Sequence record: OQ708376.1
Direction: 5' to 3' (one strand)
From: Escherichia phage vB_EcoM_CRJP21
Length of the DNA stretch: 64,000 nucleotides
The position numbers and the translations under genes were made by a program. Below are positions 18,859 through 28,308 of the stretch, one piece after another. The notes under the pieces are model-generated. The model had not been told where the DNA came from and made no database searches. It saw only the letters and a list, made by a program, of their open reading frames with translations. The first letter of the stretch is position 1. Each line of letters begins with the position of its first letter.

Positions 18859-19254
18859 ATGAAGAACAATATTGGAACTTCAATAATTAAACCACTTTCT
18901 TATTACCTTGAAAAATTTAGAAGCACAAATGGTAATAAATTTAATAATATATTTCAGTTCTCTCATAAAGAATATATTACAATTGATCATTTTTCAAAGA
19001 AACTAATGTATGTAAATGATAATAGTCATATTATTAAATTATCATTCGATATTGAGTTAGATAAATTAACATTTACGGAATACATTAATCAAAAAACTTC
19101 TTTTTTATGTCAATACAATAGGAAAGTATATAGTAATATTTCTATGTATCTAAATGATGAATATCACTTTCAACAATCTACAATAGAAGAAGTATTGTTC
19201 AGTACTGAAGAATTAAAAGAACTATATTACTGGTATAATTATTTCACATCTTGA
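18859..19254 (+). CDS. FFQxS-motif paralog family member
   Basis: Motif instance NDEYHFQQSTIEE; first gene of a six-gene tandem array. Confidence 0.6.
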   Translation: MKNNIGTSIIKPLSYYLEKFRSTNGNKFNNIFQFSHKEYITIDHFSKKLMYVNDNSHIIKLSFDIELDKLTFTEYINQKTSFLCQYNRKVYSNISMYLNDEYHFQQSTIEEVLFSTEELKELYYWYNYFTS

Positions 19255-19309
19255 CATTATTGTGGGTTTATCCTACAATACATGATGATGCTGCATTGAG
19301 GATAAATTT

Positions 19310-19720
19310 ATGAGTTTAGATTTACACAATGAACTAAAATATTTTTTAGATTTGGACATATCAGAATTGAACCACCACGTCAATCATATGACTAGTACTG
19401 TATGGTGGTCTAATGATCAAGACGACCCAATTATCCAACTAAGTGATGAATCGTCAATTATGCGATTTTATAAGATTAATTATAAAAAGAACATCAAGAT
19501 CACATATGTACCATACAAAAACATACTACTAGTCGAAACACTTAATCCAAGTTCTTTATTAAAAATCACCGATTTAGATACATTACAAACAAGTGAATCT
19601 TTATTCCAACGTTCATTAGTTGATGATCTTGGTGGTATTACTTTTGAAGATATATTACAATTGAAGAATATGTATAGTGAATTGTTGGAGATTAAAAACA
19701 CTTTAGTAATGGGGAATTGA
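19310..19720 (+). CDS. FFQxS-motif paralog family member
   Basis: Motif instance TSESLFQRSLVDDLGGITFEDI. Confidence 0.6.
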   Translation: MSLDLHNELKYFLDLDISELNHHVNHMTSTVWWSNDQDDPIIQLSDESSIMRFYKINYKKNIKITYVPYKNILLVETLNPSSLLKITDLDTLQTSESLFQRSLVDDLGGITFEDILQLKNMYSELLEIKNTLVMGN

Positions 19721-19721
19721 T

Positions 19722-20126
19722 ATGGTAAGTTTACTAGATATTGATAATACCAGTTTAGTGCTGGTGAAAAAAGGTTTAATTCCAAATTCTAAAAAAATTG
19801 ATTATGCTGTTATTGAAACAAATATTGGAAATATCTGGTACGACTCTGAAAGGGATATTGTGTTTAGCTGTGTAGACAGTGATCGTTCTGAATGTTGTAG
19901 AGTCGGTCATGACGGACAATTTGTTTTTGAATTTCGTTATTGGAAGGACGCAAAATTTCACCAAGAACTGGTTGCTTTGTCAAATGAACTATATACAGAA
20001 GAATCGTTCTTCATGGCTAGTACTATTAATGATTTTGGTTCAGTTACATTTGAGTACTATAAAAAAATATACGCACTATCCAGAGAAGTTATGAAAATTA
20101 TCAGAACTGCTGAAGGTAAAGAATAA
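19722..20126 (+). CDS. FFQxS-motif paralog family member
   Basis: Motif instance TEESFFMASTINDFGSVTFE. Confidence 0.6.
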   Translation: MVSLLDIDNTSLVLVKKGLIPNSKKIDYAVIETNIGNIWYDSERDIVFSCVDSDRSECCRVGHDGQFVFEFRYWKDAKFHQELVALSNELYTEESFFMASTINDFGSVTFEYYKKIYALSREVMKIIRTAEGKE

Positions 20127-20127
20127 C

Positions 20128-20505
20128 ATGACTACTATATATGATATTTTGGGTGTTCTGAGTAGAAATATAGATGATGATTTTGTTATTGTTCAAGATA
20201 CTAGAAATACATTTCAACTACCAATAGGTTCACCAGATAGGTTAATTTTTAATAGATACTCAAATGAACTAACTTACATCCATGATGGGATTGCAATTGT
20301 ATCAGTTTCTATAAACGACTATACAATACGATATGTATATGACTTCAACGATTATTGTACAAGAATCCACAGTATTGATATTTCCGAAGAGGAACTATTC
20401 CAATTGTCATTGATTGAGAAAAATGTAATAGGAATTACAGAAATTGGTATTATTAAAAAAGCATTAAACTATACAAATATAAGAATTAATGGTGGGTGCA
20501 GATGA
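20128..20505 (+). CDS. FFQxS-motif paralog family member
   Basis: Motif instance SEEELFQLSLIEKNVIGITE. Confidence 0.6.
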   Translation: MTTIYDILGVLSRNIDDDFVIVQDTRNTFQLPIGSPDRLIFNRYSNELTYIHDGIAIVSVSINDYTIRYVYDFNDYCTRIHSIDISEEELFQLSLIEKNVIGITEIGIIKKALNYTNIRINGGCR

Positions 20506-20957
20506 ATGTTGACGAAATAAAAAATCATTTTGAAATTGCAATGTCATGTGAATTTGACACACAACGTGTTCATGACCCGAAAGAACATATACGCATTTGT
20601 TGTGAATTGTCAGATGATTGTAATATTTTTATTGGAAAAACCTATGACATGATCGATCTTTCATGTATAGATCCATTGGAAAGAAAAACAAAATATTTAT
20701 ATCTGTACAACACAACATCAGATACGATTGCAATACAACTAATATCAACCACAACATCCCACAGTTATTATAACATAACTGAGGTTAGTAGTTTAACGTT
20801 AACCGAAGAAGGATTCTTTCAACAATCGCTTATTCGTGAAATTGGTGTTAGTTATGATGAGTTAAATGTATTAGTAGATTGTTTCGAAAAATTGAGTACT
20901 TTTGTATTATCCCTTTTTAATATACAGTCGCAAAATCCAATGGTGGTGAAATGCTAA
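20496..20957 (+). CDS. FFQxS-motif paralog family member
   Basis: Motif instance TEEGFFQQSLIREIGVSYDEL. Confidence 0.6.
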   Translation: MQMNVDEIKNHFEIAMSCEFDTQRVHDPKEHIRICCELSDDCNIFIGKTYDMIDLSCIDPLERKTKYLYLYNTTSDTIAIQLISTTTSHSYYNITEVSSLTLTEEGFFQQSLIREIGVSYDELNVLVDCFEKLSTFVLSLFNIQSQNPMVVKC

Positions 20958-21391
20958 ATCCAAGTAAATTTCTCCACTTACTTTCGATAACATCAATACC
21001 GGATCTTACCAGTGAAACTAATGAATATCGTGAAGCTGGGGTGGTGTCTATGGAACTCGATACATTTGACCACAAATGCTATGTGACATATGACCCACCG
21101 CGTTATGGTAAAGAACATTCTTCTTTTATTTTTGTATTCGTATACACTGTATATGATAATACAACACTTGATGATGTTTGTATTGACACTTACGAAATTT
21201 GTGATAATATCATAACTGATGACAACAATAACTCATTTGATATGTCACTATATAACACAGAAGAATCGTTGTTTCAACTTAGTACTGTTATTGATGCACC
21301 ATCATTAGAAGATATAAAACAATTTCAAGAACATCTTGACGCAGTTCGTGAGATGTTCTATAATCATTATCCAGAAGTAGAGTTCAATTAA
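20951..21391 (+). CDS. FFQxS-motif paralog family member
   Basis: Motif instance TEESLFQLSTVIDAPSLEDI. Confidence 0.6.
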   Translation: MLNPSKFLHLLSITSIPDLTSETNEYREAGVVSMELDTFDHKCYVTYDPPRYGKEHSSFIFVFVYTVYDNTTLDDVCIDTYEICDNIITDDNNNSFDMSLYNTEESLFQLSTVIDAPSLEDIKQFQEHLDAVREMFYNHYPEVEFN

Positions 21392-21405
21392 CTAAAGGTA
21401 ATAAG

Positions 21406-21666
21406 ATGACTAAAGTAGTTCGTAAACGCCACATGATGAACATGGATGAATTTCGTACATTTGACAAATATCGTACTATGTTTCGTATGCTTTCACAGGG
21501 CCGTCCAATCGTCATTGTAACAGAGAATTACATGTCACCTGAGATTATGTTTGGTAATTATGAAAAGGTCTTCATGTTGTACGTGAAGCGTGGATTACTT
21601 ACAATCAAGACATTAGCTGAAGCAACTGATGAAGATATGGATGGTGATAATACCTTTACCATGTGA
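21406..21666 (+). CDS. Hypothetical protein (86 aa)
   Basis: ORF with RBS AAAGGTAA. Confidence 0.5.
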   Translation: MTKVVRKRHMMNMDEFRTFDKYRTMFRMLSQGRPIVIVTENYMSPEIMFGNYEKVFMLYVKRGLLTIKTLAEATDEDMDGDNTFTM

Positions 21667-21675
21667 GGAAATATA

Positions 21676-21753
21676 TGTCTGAAAAGCCAAAAGAACCATT
21701 AGATCGTGATGATGATTTTTATGACGAACGATATGGAGATGATGATGAGTGAA
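21676..21753 (+). CDS. Small acidic peptide (25 aa)
   Basis: Strong RBS GAGGAAA then ATG; MSEKPKEPLDRDDDFYDERYGDDDE; below the ORF-track length cut-off. Confidence 0.3.
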
Positions 21754-21996
21754 CATAGTGCTGTGCTTAAAAAGATTTTAAAGGAACTTGATGGTGAGTT
21801 TAATGTCACAGAAGAAGAATATCAGCATTGGAAGAAAGGTTTTGAACAACTAACCGAGTATGATAAAGTGTTCAATATGATTGGTGTAATTAGCCAGTAC
21901 TTACTTGGTGGAGGACGTGCAAGTGCTTCAATTCTGGCATCTGCAATCATCTGTACATCACGATGGTGTGATGAAAAAAGTTTGGAAGATTTCTAA
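21745..21996 (+). CDS. Hypothetical protein (about 83 aa)
   Basis: ORF (track 21706..21996); start placed at ATG 21745, coupled to the stop of the preceding small ORF. Confidence 0.4.
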   Translation: MSEHSAVLKKILKELDGEFNVTEEEYQHWKKGFEQLTEYDKVFNMIGVISQYLLGGGRASASILASAIICTSRWCDEKSLEDF

Positions 21997-22011
21997 ATAA
22001 GATGCTATAAT
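21982..22011 (+). promoter_or_regulatory. Putative sigma-70-type promoter
   Basis: TTGGAA, 18 bp spacer, TATAAT upstream of the methyltransferase gene. Confidence 0.4.
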
Positions 22012-22048
22012 ATATTATAGTACCTTAACAATATAAAAAGGATTTTAT

Positions 22049-22909
22049 ATGAAACCTATCCGAGTACTTTCTCTTTTTAATGGAATGAGTGTGGGATATA
22101 TGGCATTGCAAGATGCTGGTATCCCAGTTGAAAAATATTATTCATCCGAAATTGACAAGTACGCAATAGCTGAATCTCAAGCTAACTTTCCTGATATTAT
22201 CCAATTGGGTGATGTAACTAAGTGGAGAGAATGGGATATTGAGTGGGATAAAATAGATTTATTAATGGGTGGTTTCCCATGTCAAGCCTGGTCAGTTGCA
22301 GGTAAACAGGGTGGTTTAAATGATATACGTGGGCAGTTATTTTTAGTAATGGTTGAAATTTTTGATCATATCAAAAGTCTCAATCCTAACTTGAAATTTC
22401 TGTTTGAAAATGTTAAAATGAAGGAAGATTTCAAAGAATACATTAATAGTATTTTAGGAATCACGCCAGTACTGATAAACTCCCAGCATTATACGCCTCA
22501 CTTCAGGCAGAGATATTACTGGTACAGTACTGATAAGCTTTTTATACCACCTGCATTATCCAATGCACCTAAACTTCAAGATATTATTGAAGATGGTTGG
22601 TACACTGACAGAACCGCTTCGTACTGTATAGATGCTAACTATTTTAAAGGTGGTGATTGTAACCAGTACTTTAATAAATCCAGACGACAATTGGTGTTTC
22701 GTGACCCAGTGATCAGTCGTCAATATCTATTAGAGAATGGCAAAAGAAATATTGACTATAGACACTTAAGTGTAGTAGAATGTTGTAAATTACAGGGTGT
22801 TCCTGAAGATTTCTTTAAAGTGTCTAGTAAGACACAAGCATACAAAATGCTTGGGAATGGATGGACTATGCCAGTTATATCACATTTACTAAGAGAGATA
22901 TTCTTTTGA
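22049..22909 (+). CDS. DNA (cytosine-5)-methyltransferase
   Basis: Motif I LFNGMSVG, motif IV GFPCQAWS (catalytic PCQ), motif VI FENV, motif VIII FRQRYYW, motif X LGNGWTMPV; 286 aa. Confidence 0.8.
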   Translation: MKPIRVLSLFNGMSVGYMALQDAGIPVEKYYSSEIDKYAIAESQANFPDIIQLGDVTKWREWDIEWDKIDLLMGGFPCQAWSVAGKQGGLNDIRGQLFLVMVEIFDHIKSLNPNLKFLFENVKMKEDFKEYINSILGITPVLINSQHYTPHFRQRYYWYSTDKLFIPPALSNAPKLQDIIEDGWYTDRTASYCIDANYFKGGDCNQYFNKSRRQLVFRDPVISRQYLLENGKRNIDYRHLSVVECCKLQGVPEDFFKVSSKTQAYKMLGNGWTMPVISHLLREIFF

Positions 22910-23391
22910 ACATAAACAAATACCAAACTTATATAAAACGTACAGAAAGTTTCAAACGGCTGGCTGTAAAATCTGAATTAGAATTTAATTTGTATTATCC
23001 TAATATTGGTGATGAGGTATTTTATTGCTCTCATTCAAAGAATGGAACTTTACTTAAATCGGGTAAAGGAACTATTGTTGATATGACCGCAAATTTCAGA
23101 GGTAAACTTAATGTAATGTACAAAGTACAAGATTCAAGTACTGAGTGTATTCATGAAGTGATGCATAACATACCTGCATATCCAAAAGATTTTGTTCAGC
23201 TAATATCTCGAAGGGAGAAACCTATGTTTTATTGTGGTTATGACAAATTAACCAAACAAATTATTCCTAATACTATGGGAAAATTTAAAAGTGATGTGAA
23301 ATCTGAACTTGAAAAGAAATTTGGCACGTCATGGGAAACTGAAAACGAGTTTATCGAAATTCGTTTAATTGAAATTACTATACTTGAATAA
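22861..23391 (+). CDS. Hypothetical protein (176 aa)
   Basis: ORF overlapping the methyltransferase 3' end by 49 nt; start uncertain. Confidence 0.45.
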   Translation: MDYASYITFTKRDILLNINKYQTYIKRTESFKRLAVKSELEFNLYYPNIGDEVFYCSHSKNGTLLKSGKGTIVDMTANFRGKLNVMYKVQDSSTECIHEVMHNIPAYPKDFVQLISRREKPMFYCGYDKLTKQIIPNTMGKFKSDVKSELEKKFGTSWETENEFIEIRLIEITILE

Positions 23392-23397
23392 TTACAA

Positions 23398-23420
23398 ATC
23401 CACGCATTGCGTGGATTTTT
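23398..23420 (+). terminator. Intrinsic terminator
   Basis: ATCCACGC-ATT-GCGTGGAT hairpin followed by TTTT. Confidence 0.65.
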
Positions 23421-23433
23421 CATAGGTGCATAT

Positions 23434-23949
23434 ATGCCAATTCCTTATGTTAAAATTATTAATAATATTCTCGATTCATGGGAAGATGTTATTACTGGTA
23501 AAAAGCAACCATCACCAGTACATGCTTTATCTGGGAAACTTCAATTCAGAATGTCAAACCAAACTGAAACATTTAATAATCATGATATTTGCATTACATT
23601 AAAAACACCTATTAGTATTGTAATTAAAAAAAATAAAGATGATGAATTGACATTATCTATTGGTCGTGATAAAATCATTTTAAGTAATTTGTCTGAAGAA
23701 GAATTCTTTCAAAGAAGTACTATTATCGATATGAAAGATTTCACATATGAATCATTGGTTGAACTCAATACACGTTTTAACGATATTCAGGAACGATTGC
23801 GACCAATTCTTCGTATCGAAGAAGAAGCCTGGATTGAAAGTATTAGGAAGATGCAAGAAATGTTGAAAGAAAATATTAACAATCTGGGTAAAGCTACAAT
23901 GGAATTTGGTAAAACTTTTAAACTGAACTTTTCAAAGGATCGTAAATGA
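23434..23949 (+). CDS. FFQxS-motif paralog family member
   Basis: Motif instance SEEEFFQRSTIIDMKDFTYESL; track start 23407 is TTG inside the terminator, so ATG 23434 was used. Confidence 0.55.
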   Translation: MPIPYVKIINNILDSWEDVITGKKQPSPVHALSGKLQFRMSNQTETFNNHDICITLKTPISIVIKKNKDDELTLSIGRDKIILSNLSEEEFFQRSTIIDMKDFTYESLVELNTRFNDIQERLRPILRIEEEAWIESIRKMQEMLKENINNLGKATMEFGKTFKLNFSKDRK

Positions 23950-24401
23950 AAATTGATAATTTGATTCATGTTTTAGGATCTTTACATAAAATATTATCAC
24001 ATCTACATGAGATAAAGAAACTGGGATATAACATCTCAAATTCAATTGAAACTACATTTAAATATCAATCAATTACTGGTGATGGTTATTACATAATCGA
24101 ATATACCTATGAAACCGATCCAGACTTCTATCCTCTTACGTTGAGAATTTATCCAACAAATCCGAGAGGAATTCACGACATATCATCAATTTCACTTGAT
24201 CCAGATGGTGAAACGAGTATTGAATACAATAATGATTCAAAACCAGAATTTTACATTGATGATATTAAAATGATGTTCAACGATGAATATGTGTTCCAGC
24301 AAAGTACTGTGCATGATGTTGGAAGTACTAATGGACAATTTTGGAATACATGTTATTATCATATGATTGAAATTTGTAAATTACTAAAAGGCGATGATTA
24401 A
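23946..24401 (+). CDS. FFQxS-motif paralog family member
   Basis: Motif instance NDEYVFQQSTVHDVGST. Confidence 0.6.
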   Translation: MKIDNLIHVLGSLHKILSHLHEIKKLGYNISNSIETTFKYQSITGDGYYIIEYTYETDPDFYPLTLRIYPTNPRGIHDISSISLDPDGETSIEYNNDSKPEFYIDDIKMMFNDEYVFQQSTVHDVGSTNGQFWNTCYYHMIEICKLLKGDD

Positions 24402-24784
24402 TGAAATACAGCATTGAAGTACATTATACTACAGGGGACACTGAAAATTGTTATGACGTTCTTAATACAATTGATATTCAATGGTCTTCTAAAGAGGAAG
24501 CAGTTGCTGCTTTACAGTGCCTAAAAGAGCATTGGGTGTTTTATATGAAGCAAGATAATTGCTATACTAAAGAACACGAAACTATCGTTGAAAATGCTAA
24601 ACAAAAAGAGTGGTTTGACCCAATATCACCAGAATATTCATTCTTGGTTAAAGTTGGCGATGTGACAGTTCCATTACGAACACCGTGGAACGGCTACTTT
24701 GAAACTCTTCATAATGCACGAGTTGTCGCTGTTGATAATCCTGAGCAAATCGATTTCGATTCATTGGACTGGAAAAAACTATGA
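24401..24784 (+). CDS. Hypothetical protein (127 aa)
   Basis: ORF overlapping the upstream stop (TAATG). Confidence 0.5.
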   Translation: MKYSIEVHYTTGDTENCYDVLNTIDIQWSSKEEAVAALQCLKEHWVFYMKQDNCYTKEHETIVENAKQKEWFDPISPEYSFLVKVGDVTVPLRTPWNGYFETLHNARVVAVDNPEQIDFDSLDWKKL

Positions 24785-25224
24785 CAGTACTGCACCAATT
24801 GAAGAAGGTTAAGCATCCAGTTGTATACGAGGATTGGAAACGACAGAAGTTGATGGGTGATTTTTATTTCCCAAAATCTAAAGTTCTTGCGAATTCAAGA
24901 TGTACATATGTCACACATAATGATAAAGATACAGTATTTGTTGAAATGGGTTTCAATCCATCAAATACAATGTTCAGTACTAACCAGACATTTTACAAAT
25001 TTCATATCCAAAAAGATTCATTTTCTATCATGATTTTAAAACTTTTAGTTGAAGATCTGCTATACCGTGGTGAACGTGTTCCTTTATCATTAGTGGATAT
25101 TCCTTATGATAATTTAGAGGAAATGTACTTCCAACAGTTGACAGTACAAGAAAACTTTGGTATGATAGGACTTCAAGAGTTAGAGATGATTAAGCAAATT
25201 CGTGATATCTACTTTAAGGAGTAA
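24781..25224 (+). CDS. FFQxS-motif paralog family member
   Basis: Motif instance LEEMYFQQLTVQENFGMIGLQEL. Confidence 0.55.
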   Translation: MTVLHQLKKVKHPVVYEDWKRQKLMGDFYFPKSKVLANSRCTYVTHNDKDTVFVEMGFNPSNTMFSTNQTFYKFHIQKDSFSIMILKLLVEDLLYRGERVPLSLVDIPYDNLEEMYFQQLTVQENFGMIGLQELEMIKQIRDIYFKE

Positions 25225-25226
25225 CT

Positions 25227-25370
25227 ATGCCAGTACGTAACAGTACTTCACGCTTTACGCTTCAACAGAAAGCAGATCTTTTGAATATGGCTAACAAAGA
25301 TTCTAATTTTTACTATCTAGTACTCGGTGGGTCAGTAGAAAAGATTGACCTACGTGAGTGTATGAAATAA
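25227..25370 (+). CDS. Small hypothetical protein (47 aa)
   Basis: RBS AAGGAG then ATG 25227; not in the ORF track (below length cut-off). Confidence 0.4.
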   Translation: MPVRNSTSRFTLQQKADLLNMANKDSNFYYLVLGGSVEKIDLRECMK

Positions 25371-25387
25371 CAAAAAGGGGACTAAAA

Positions 25388-25558
25388 ATGAGTCTACGTG
25401 AATCATGGGAACAATTTAAAGAAGAGATTGGTTATCGTGGTGTTAAGATTGAAAAAATCAATCGAACCGAAAGCATCAAAGCCAGTACTAATGGCACTAC
25501 CTATGATCGTTATGATGAAAAGTATGGTTTGCATTCTAAACCGAAGGATACTGAATAA
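25388..25558 (+). CDS. Small hypothetical protein (56 aa)
   Basis: Track 25358..25558; start moved to ATG 25388 behind AAGGGGA. Confidence 0.4.
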   Translation: MSLRESWEQFKEEIGYRGVKIEKINRTESIKASTNGTTYDRYDEKYGLHSKPKDTE

Positions 25559-25701
25559 TGGTATACACTAACATTTTTACTGGTATTATGCGTAAATTTA
25601 TTAATGGTACTGGATACGTATCTAATGACAACGGTAGTACATGGGTAAAAAATAATACGTCTGAATCTTTAGTAAAAAGTCTTCCGTATTATAAAGCTTG
25701 A
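25558..25701 (+). CDS. Small hypothetical protein (47 aa)
   Basis: ATG overlaps the upstream stop (TAATG); not in the ORF track. Confidence 0.35.
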   Translation: MVYTNIFTGIMRKFINGTGYVSNDNGSTWVKNNTSESLVKSLPYYKA

Positions 25702-25726
25702 CACATGAAAATGGAGTATATATAAT
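25698..25726 (+). promoter_or_regulatory. Sigma-70-type early promoter
   Basis: TTGACA, 17 bp spacer, TATAAT. Confidence 0.55.
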
Positions 25727-25758
25727 ACTCCTATATTAATTAAACGAGGATATACGAA

Positions 25759-26331
25759 ATGGCTGGTGTTGATAAAATTTGTGAATTCAGTTCAGATTAT
25801 GAAGGTTACGAGATGTACAAGTCCAAGCGTAATCACATTCAAGTACTGTCAAAGTACCGTAAAGAATTCCGAGGCCACAAAGCAACATTGTATGTTTTTG
25901 AGAATGGATATTCTGAAGTTTTCACAAGTGGTGGGTACAGTACAGCTAACATGGCACATATCAACCCAAACCCAACTGAAGATGATTGGAATAGTGGTAA
26001 CGCTTTTCGTATTTCAATTTTGAATAAAATGAATCGTTACGACCGTTATTGTACATTCTTTGAAAATATTTCAGAATACAAGCAAGCATTAAAGAAATAT
26101 AATCAACGCTTACTAATGAATTATGATTACATTCTTCATGTGCCAACTGTTCCAGGTCAGGTTAATGGTCTGTATACGAATAGTACACATGATTTAACTG
26201 CGGTGAAGCGTCGCCTCAAACGTATGTTGGGTTGTCGTAATTTAACAATCAAGGTTATGCGTAATGAATCAATGTATAACTTTTTAGATGTACTACACTA
26301 CACACTGAAGGATAATAATGGAAACGATTAA
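25759..26331 (+). CDS. Hypothetical protein (190 aa)
   Basis: ORF with RBS AACGAGGA. Confidence 0.55.
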   Translation: MAGVDKICEFSSDYEGYEMYKSKRNHIQVLSKYRKEFRGHKATLYVFENGYSEVFTSGGYSTANMAHINPNPTEDDWNSGNAFRISILNKMNRYDRYCTFFENISEYKQALKKYNQRLLMNYDYILHVPTVPGQVNGLYTNSTHDLTAVKRRLKRMLGCRNLTIKVMRNESMYNFLDVLHYTLKDNNGND

Positions 26332-26515
26332 GTTTATGTTTGAGGTGTTTGTTGCATTCATCTTATGTGCTGTGTCTCTTACTATTGCTTTAATCCCAGT
26401 AATCGTTTACCAAGTTAATGGTGGGACAGATCCAACAATTGATATTTTACTTCGTTGTTTTGGCTTTTTTATATGGTTGGCGATGTTTATGTACTACATG
26501 CATCTTGAGGATTGA
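26318..26515 (+). CDS. Small membrane protein (65 aa)
   Basis: Two hydrophobic helices (FVAFILCAVSLTIALIPVIV, FGFFIWLAMFMYY). Confidence 0.5.
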   Translation: METIKFMFEVFVAFILCAVSLTIALIPVIVYQVNGGTDPTIDILLRCFGFFIWLAMFMYYMHLED

Positions 26516-27348
26516 TTATGTCATTAGAAAAAATAATCATTTCTGAATTCCGAAAGTATATCATGGATTGTGATAGAGATGTGCAGCGTAAGTTCAATGA
26601 GTACCTTGACAAATATCCGTATTTGATGTTTAATCCGTTTGAAACTGATGATGATTTATATCTTGGTTTTTACATAGGATTTACTCAACGAATTCTTCAT
26701 AAAGATGAAATGAAACAATCTGAGATTTGGGTAGAAACTGACTCATCAGAGTCTAATGTTTTTTATCTTTATACATATTATGCCGAAATTGTTAGAGATA
26801 CGACACCTGATGGTTGTCTATTTATACAATCGTCTGATATTGAAAGAATATATATCGAACCTGTATCTTTAGATATGGTTGCCCAGCTTCCAACTATCCA
26901 ACAGTTAGGTGCAGACGAATTAACTTATTCTGTATTTGAATATCTAGGTAGAGATGATTTGACTCAAGAAATTGATAAAATGGTTTCTAAATATACTTCA
27001 TCACTTATTTCAAATGGTAAACTTAAATTAGAATTAATTTTTGAAGATACTAGTATTAATCCAGTAAGAGGGGTAACAATTGGAAAAGTTACCATACGTG
27101 TTGTTTACGATAATGAAGTATTAGGATATATTTCAAAACGTGGACATGATTTATGTATAATTAGTACATTCGTTGTTTCTCGTAAAAAATGGAATGATTT
27201 AATGCAAAAAATCGTGGACGGTAGTAAAATTCGTGATATAATATGTAATGACATGGTAATTATTAATCCTGATGTTGACTGTGATGTATATTTTCCAGTT
27301 CCTGGATTTACACGAGAAAACTTTAGTAAATTGAAGGATAAGAAATGA
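26512..27348 (+). CDS. Hypothetical protein (278 aa)
   Basis: ORF overlapping the upstream stop. Confidence 0.55.
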   Translation: MIMSLEKIIISEFRKYIMDCDRDVQRKFNEYLDKYPYLMFNPFETDDDLYLGFYIGFTQRILHKDEMKQSEIWVETDSSESNVFYLYTYYAEIVRDTTPDGCLFIQSSDIERIYIEPVSLDMVAQLPTIQQLGADELTYSVFEYLGRDDLTQEIDKMVSKYTSSLISNGKLKLELIFEDTSINPVRGVTIGKVTIRVVYDNEVLGYISKRGHDLCIISTFVVSRKKWNDLMQKIVDGSKIRDIICNDMVIINPDVDCDVYFPVPGFTRENFSKLKDKK

Positions 27349-27635
27349 AAATTTTAGAAGTCTTGCTAGAAAAAGATGCATCTGGTACTCTTTATGTTGG
27401 TAATGAGTTCAGTCCAGATCCAATTGATATGTTACAGAGAATCCAAACACTGACTCAAAACATCTCGGTTAAAAAACCGTTTCAGAAAGAATTGGAAATC
27501 TTTTGTGATAAAGATATTGAACAGCATGATAATGTGATTTCAGATATTAAAAGTCTATTGACAAAAAATGGTTATGTAGAGTATAATCCTCCTATCGTAA
27601 TCGTTATTCCAGACTTCATGAAAGGAACAATTTAA
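27345..27635 (+). CDS. Hypothetical protein (96 aa)
   Basis: ORF overlapping the upstream stop. Confidence 0.5.
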   Translation: MKILEVLLEKDASGTLYVGNEFSPDPIDMLQRIQTLTQNISVKKPFQKELEIFCDKDIEQHDNVISDIKSLLTKNGYVEYNPPIVIVIPDFMKGTI

Positions 27636-27904
27636 TGACTAAAGAAGAAATGAAATCTCGCTTAAGCGAACTGAAGAAAGAACGTAAACTAGTACGTTTA
27701 GACTGGGATATCCTTAACAGGAAAGATGAGCAATCATATGCTAACTGGAGTTCTGATAAAGTACGAAATGACCGTTCTAAAGAAGATGCAAAGCAATTCA
27801 TGGCATTATCGAAGCGACTATCATCTTTGAACAGTGAAATTACTGGCCTTCAGAAAGAGATTATTTCCATTCTTAAAGCGGAGATTGAATCACTCTATGA
27901 ATAA
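27635..27904 (+). CDS. Hypothetical coiled-coil protein (89 aa)
   Basis: ORF with start overlapping the upstream stop (TAATG). Confidence 0.5.
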   Translation: MTKEEMKSRLSELKKERKLVRLDWDILNRKDEQSYANWSSDKVRNDRSKEDAKQFMALSKRLSSLNSEITGLQKEIISILKAEIESLYE

Positions 27905-28193
27905 ACATGAAGTAATTCATTTTGATGATAAGATCTATATTCCAAATATTGATAGTACTGAAACATATTACCTAATCAATAAGATTATGGCTGAAACAAA
28001 TACGTGTTGTCGTCAACAGCCAGGAAAATATGAGTTCAGTCAGACTATTGGTTATTACCGATATGATATGTTAGAATCATTTACAATTGATAAGTCTAAA
28101 GTTATTGACATTCTTGTACAGAATGGATATAATGAACAACGTGTAAATAATACAGATTTACCAGTTTCAAAAATTGTTCTTTCTAATAATTAA
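27897..28193 (+). CDS. Hypothetical protein (98 aa)
   Basis: Track 27834..28193; start moved to ATG 27897, coupled to the upstream stop. Confidence 0.45.
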   Translation: MNKHEVIHFDDKIYIPNIDSTETYYLINKIMAETNTCCRQQPGKYEFSQTIGYYRYDMLESFTIDKSKVIDILVQNGYNEQRVNNTDLPVSKIVLSNN

Positions 28194-28196
28194 AAA

Positions 28197-28225
28197 TTGG
28201 ACAAGAACAGATATTGTGATATAAT
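28197..28225 (+). promoter_or_regulatory. Sigma-70-type early promoter
   Basis: TTGGAC, 17 bp spacer, TGTGATATAATGTTT. Confidence 0.5.
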
Positions 28226-28308
28226 GTTTGTTATCGGCAGATATTAAAATGCAAACCATTCCTCAATGATGAGGGTTTTTCATAAAAAAGAAATAAAAGG
28301 GTATTAAA

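Noticed and set aside
25766-26023. Plus-strand 85 aa ORF overlapping 25759..26331 in another frame
   Set aside because: Shorter alternative-frame ORF inside a longer ORF that has a good RBS.
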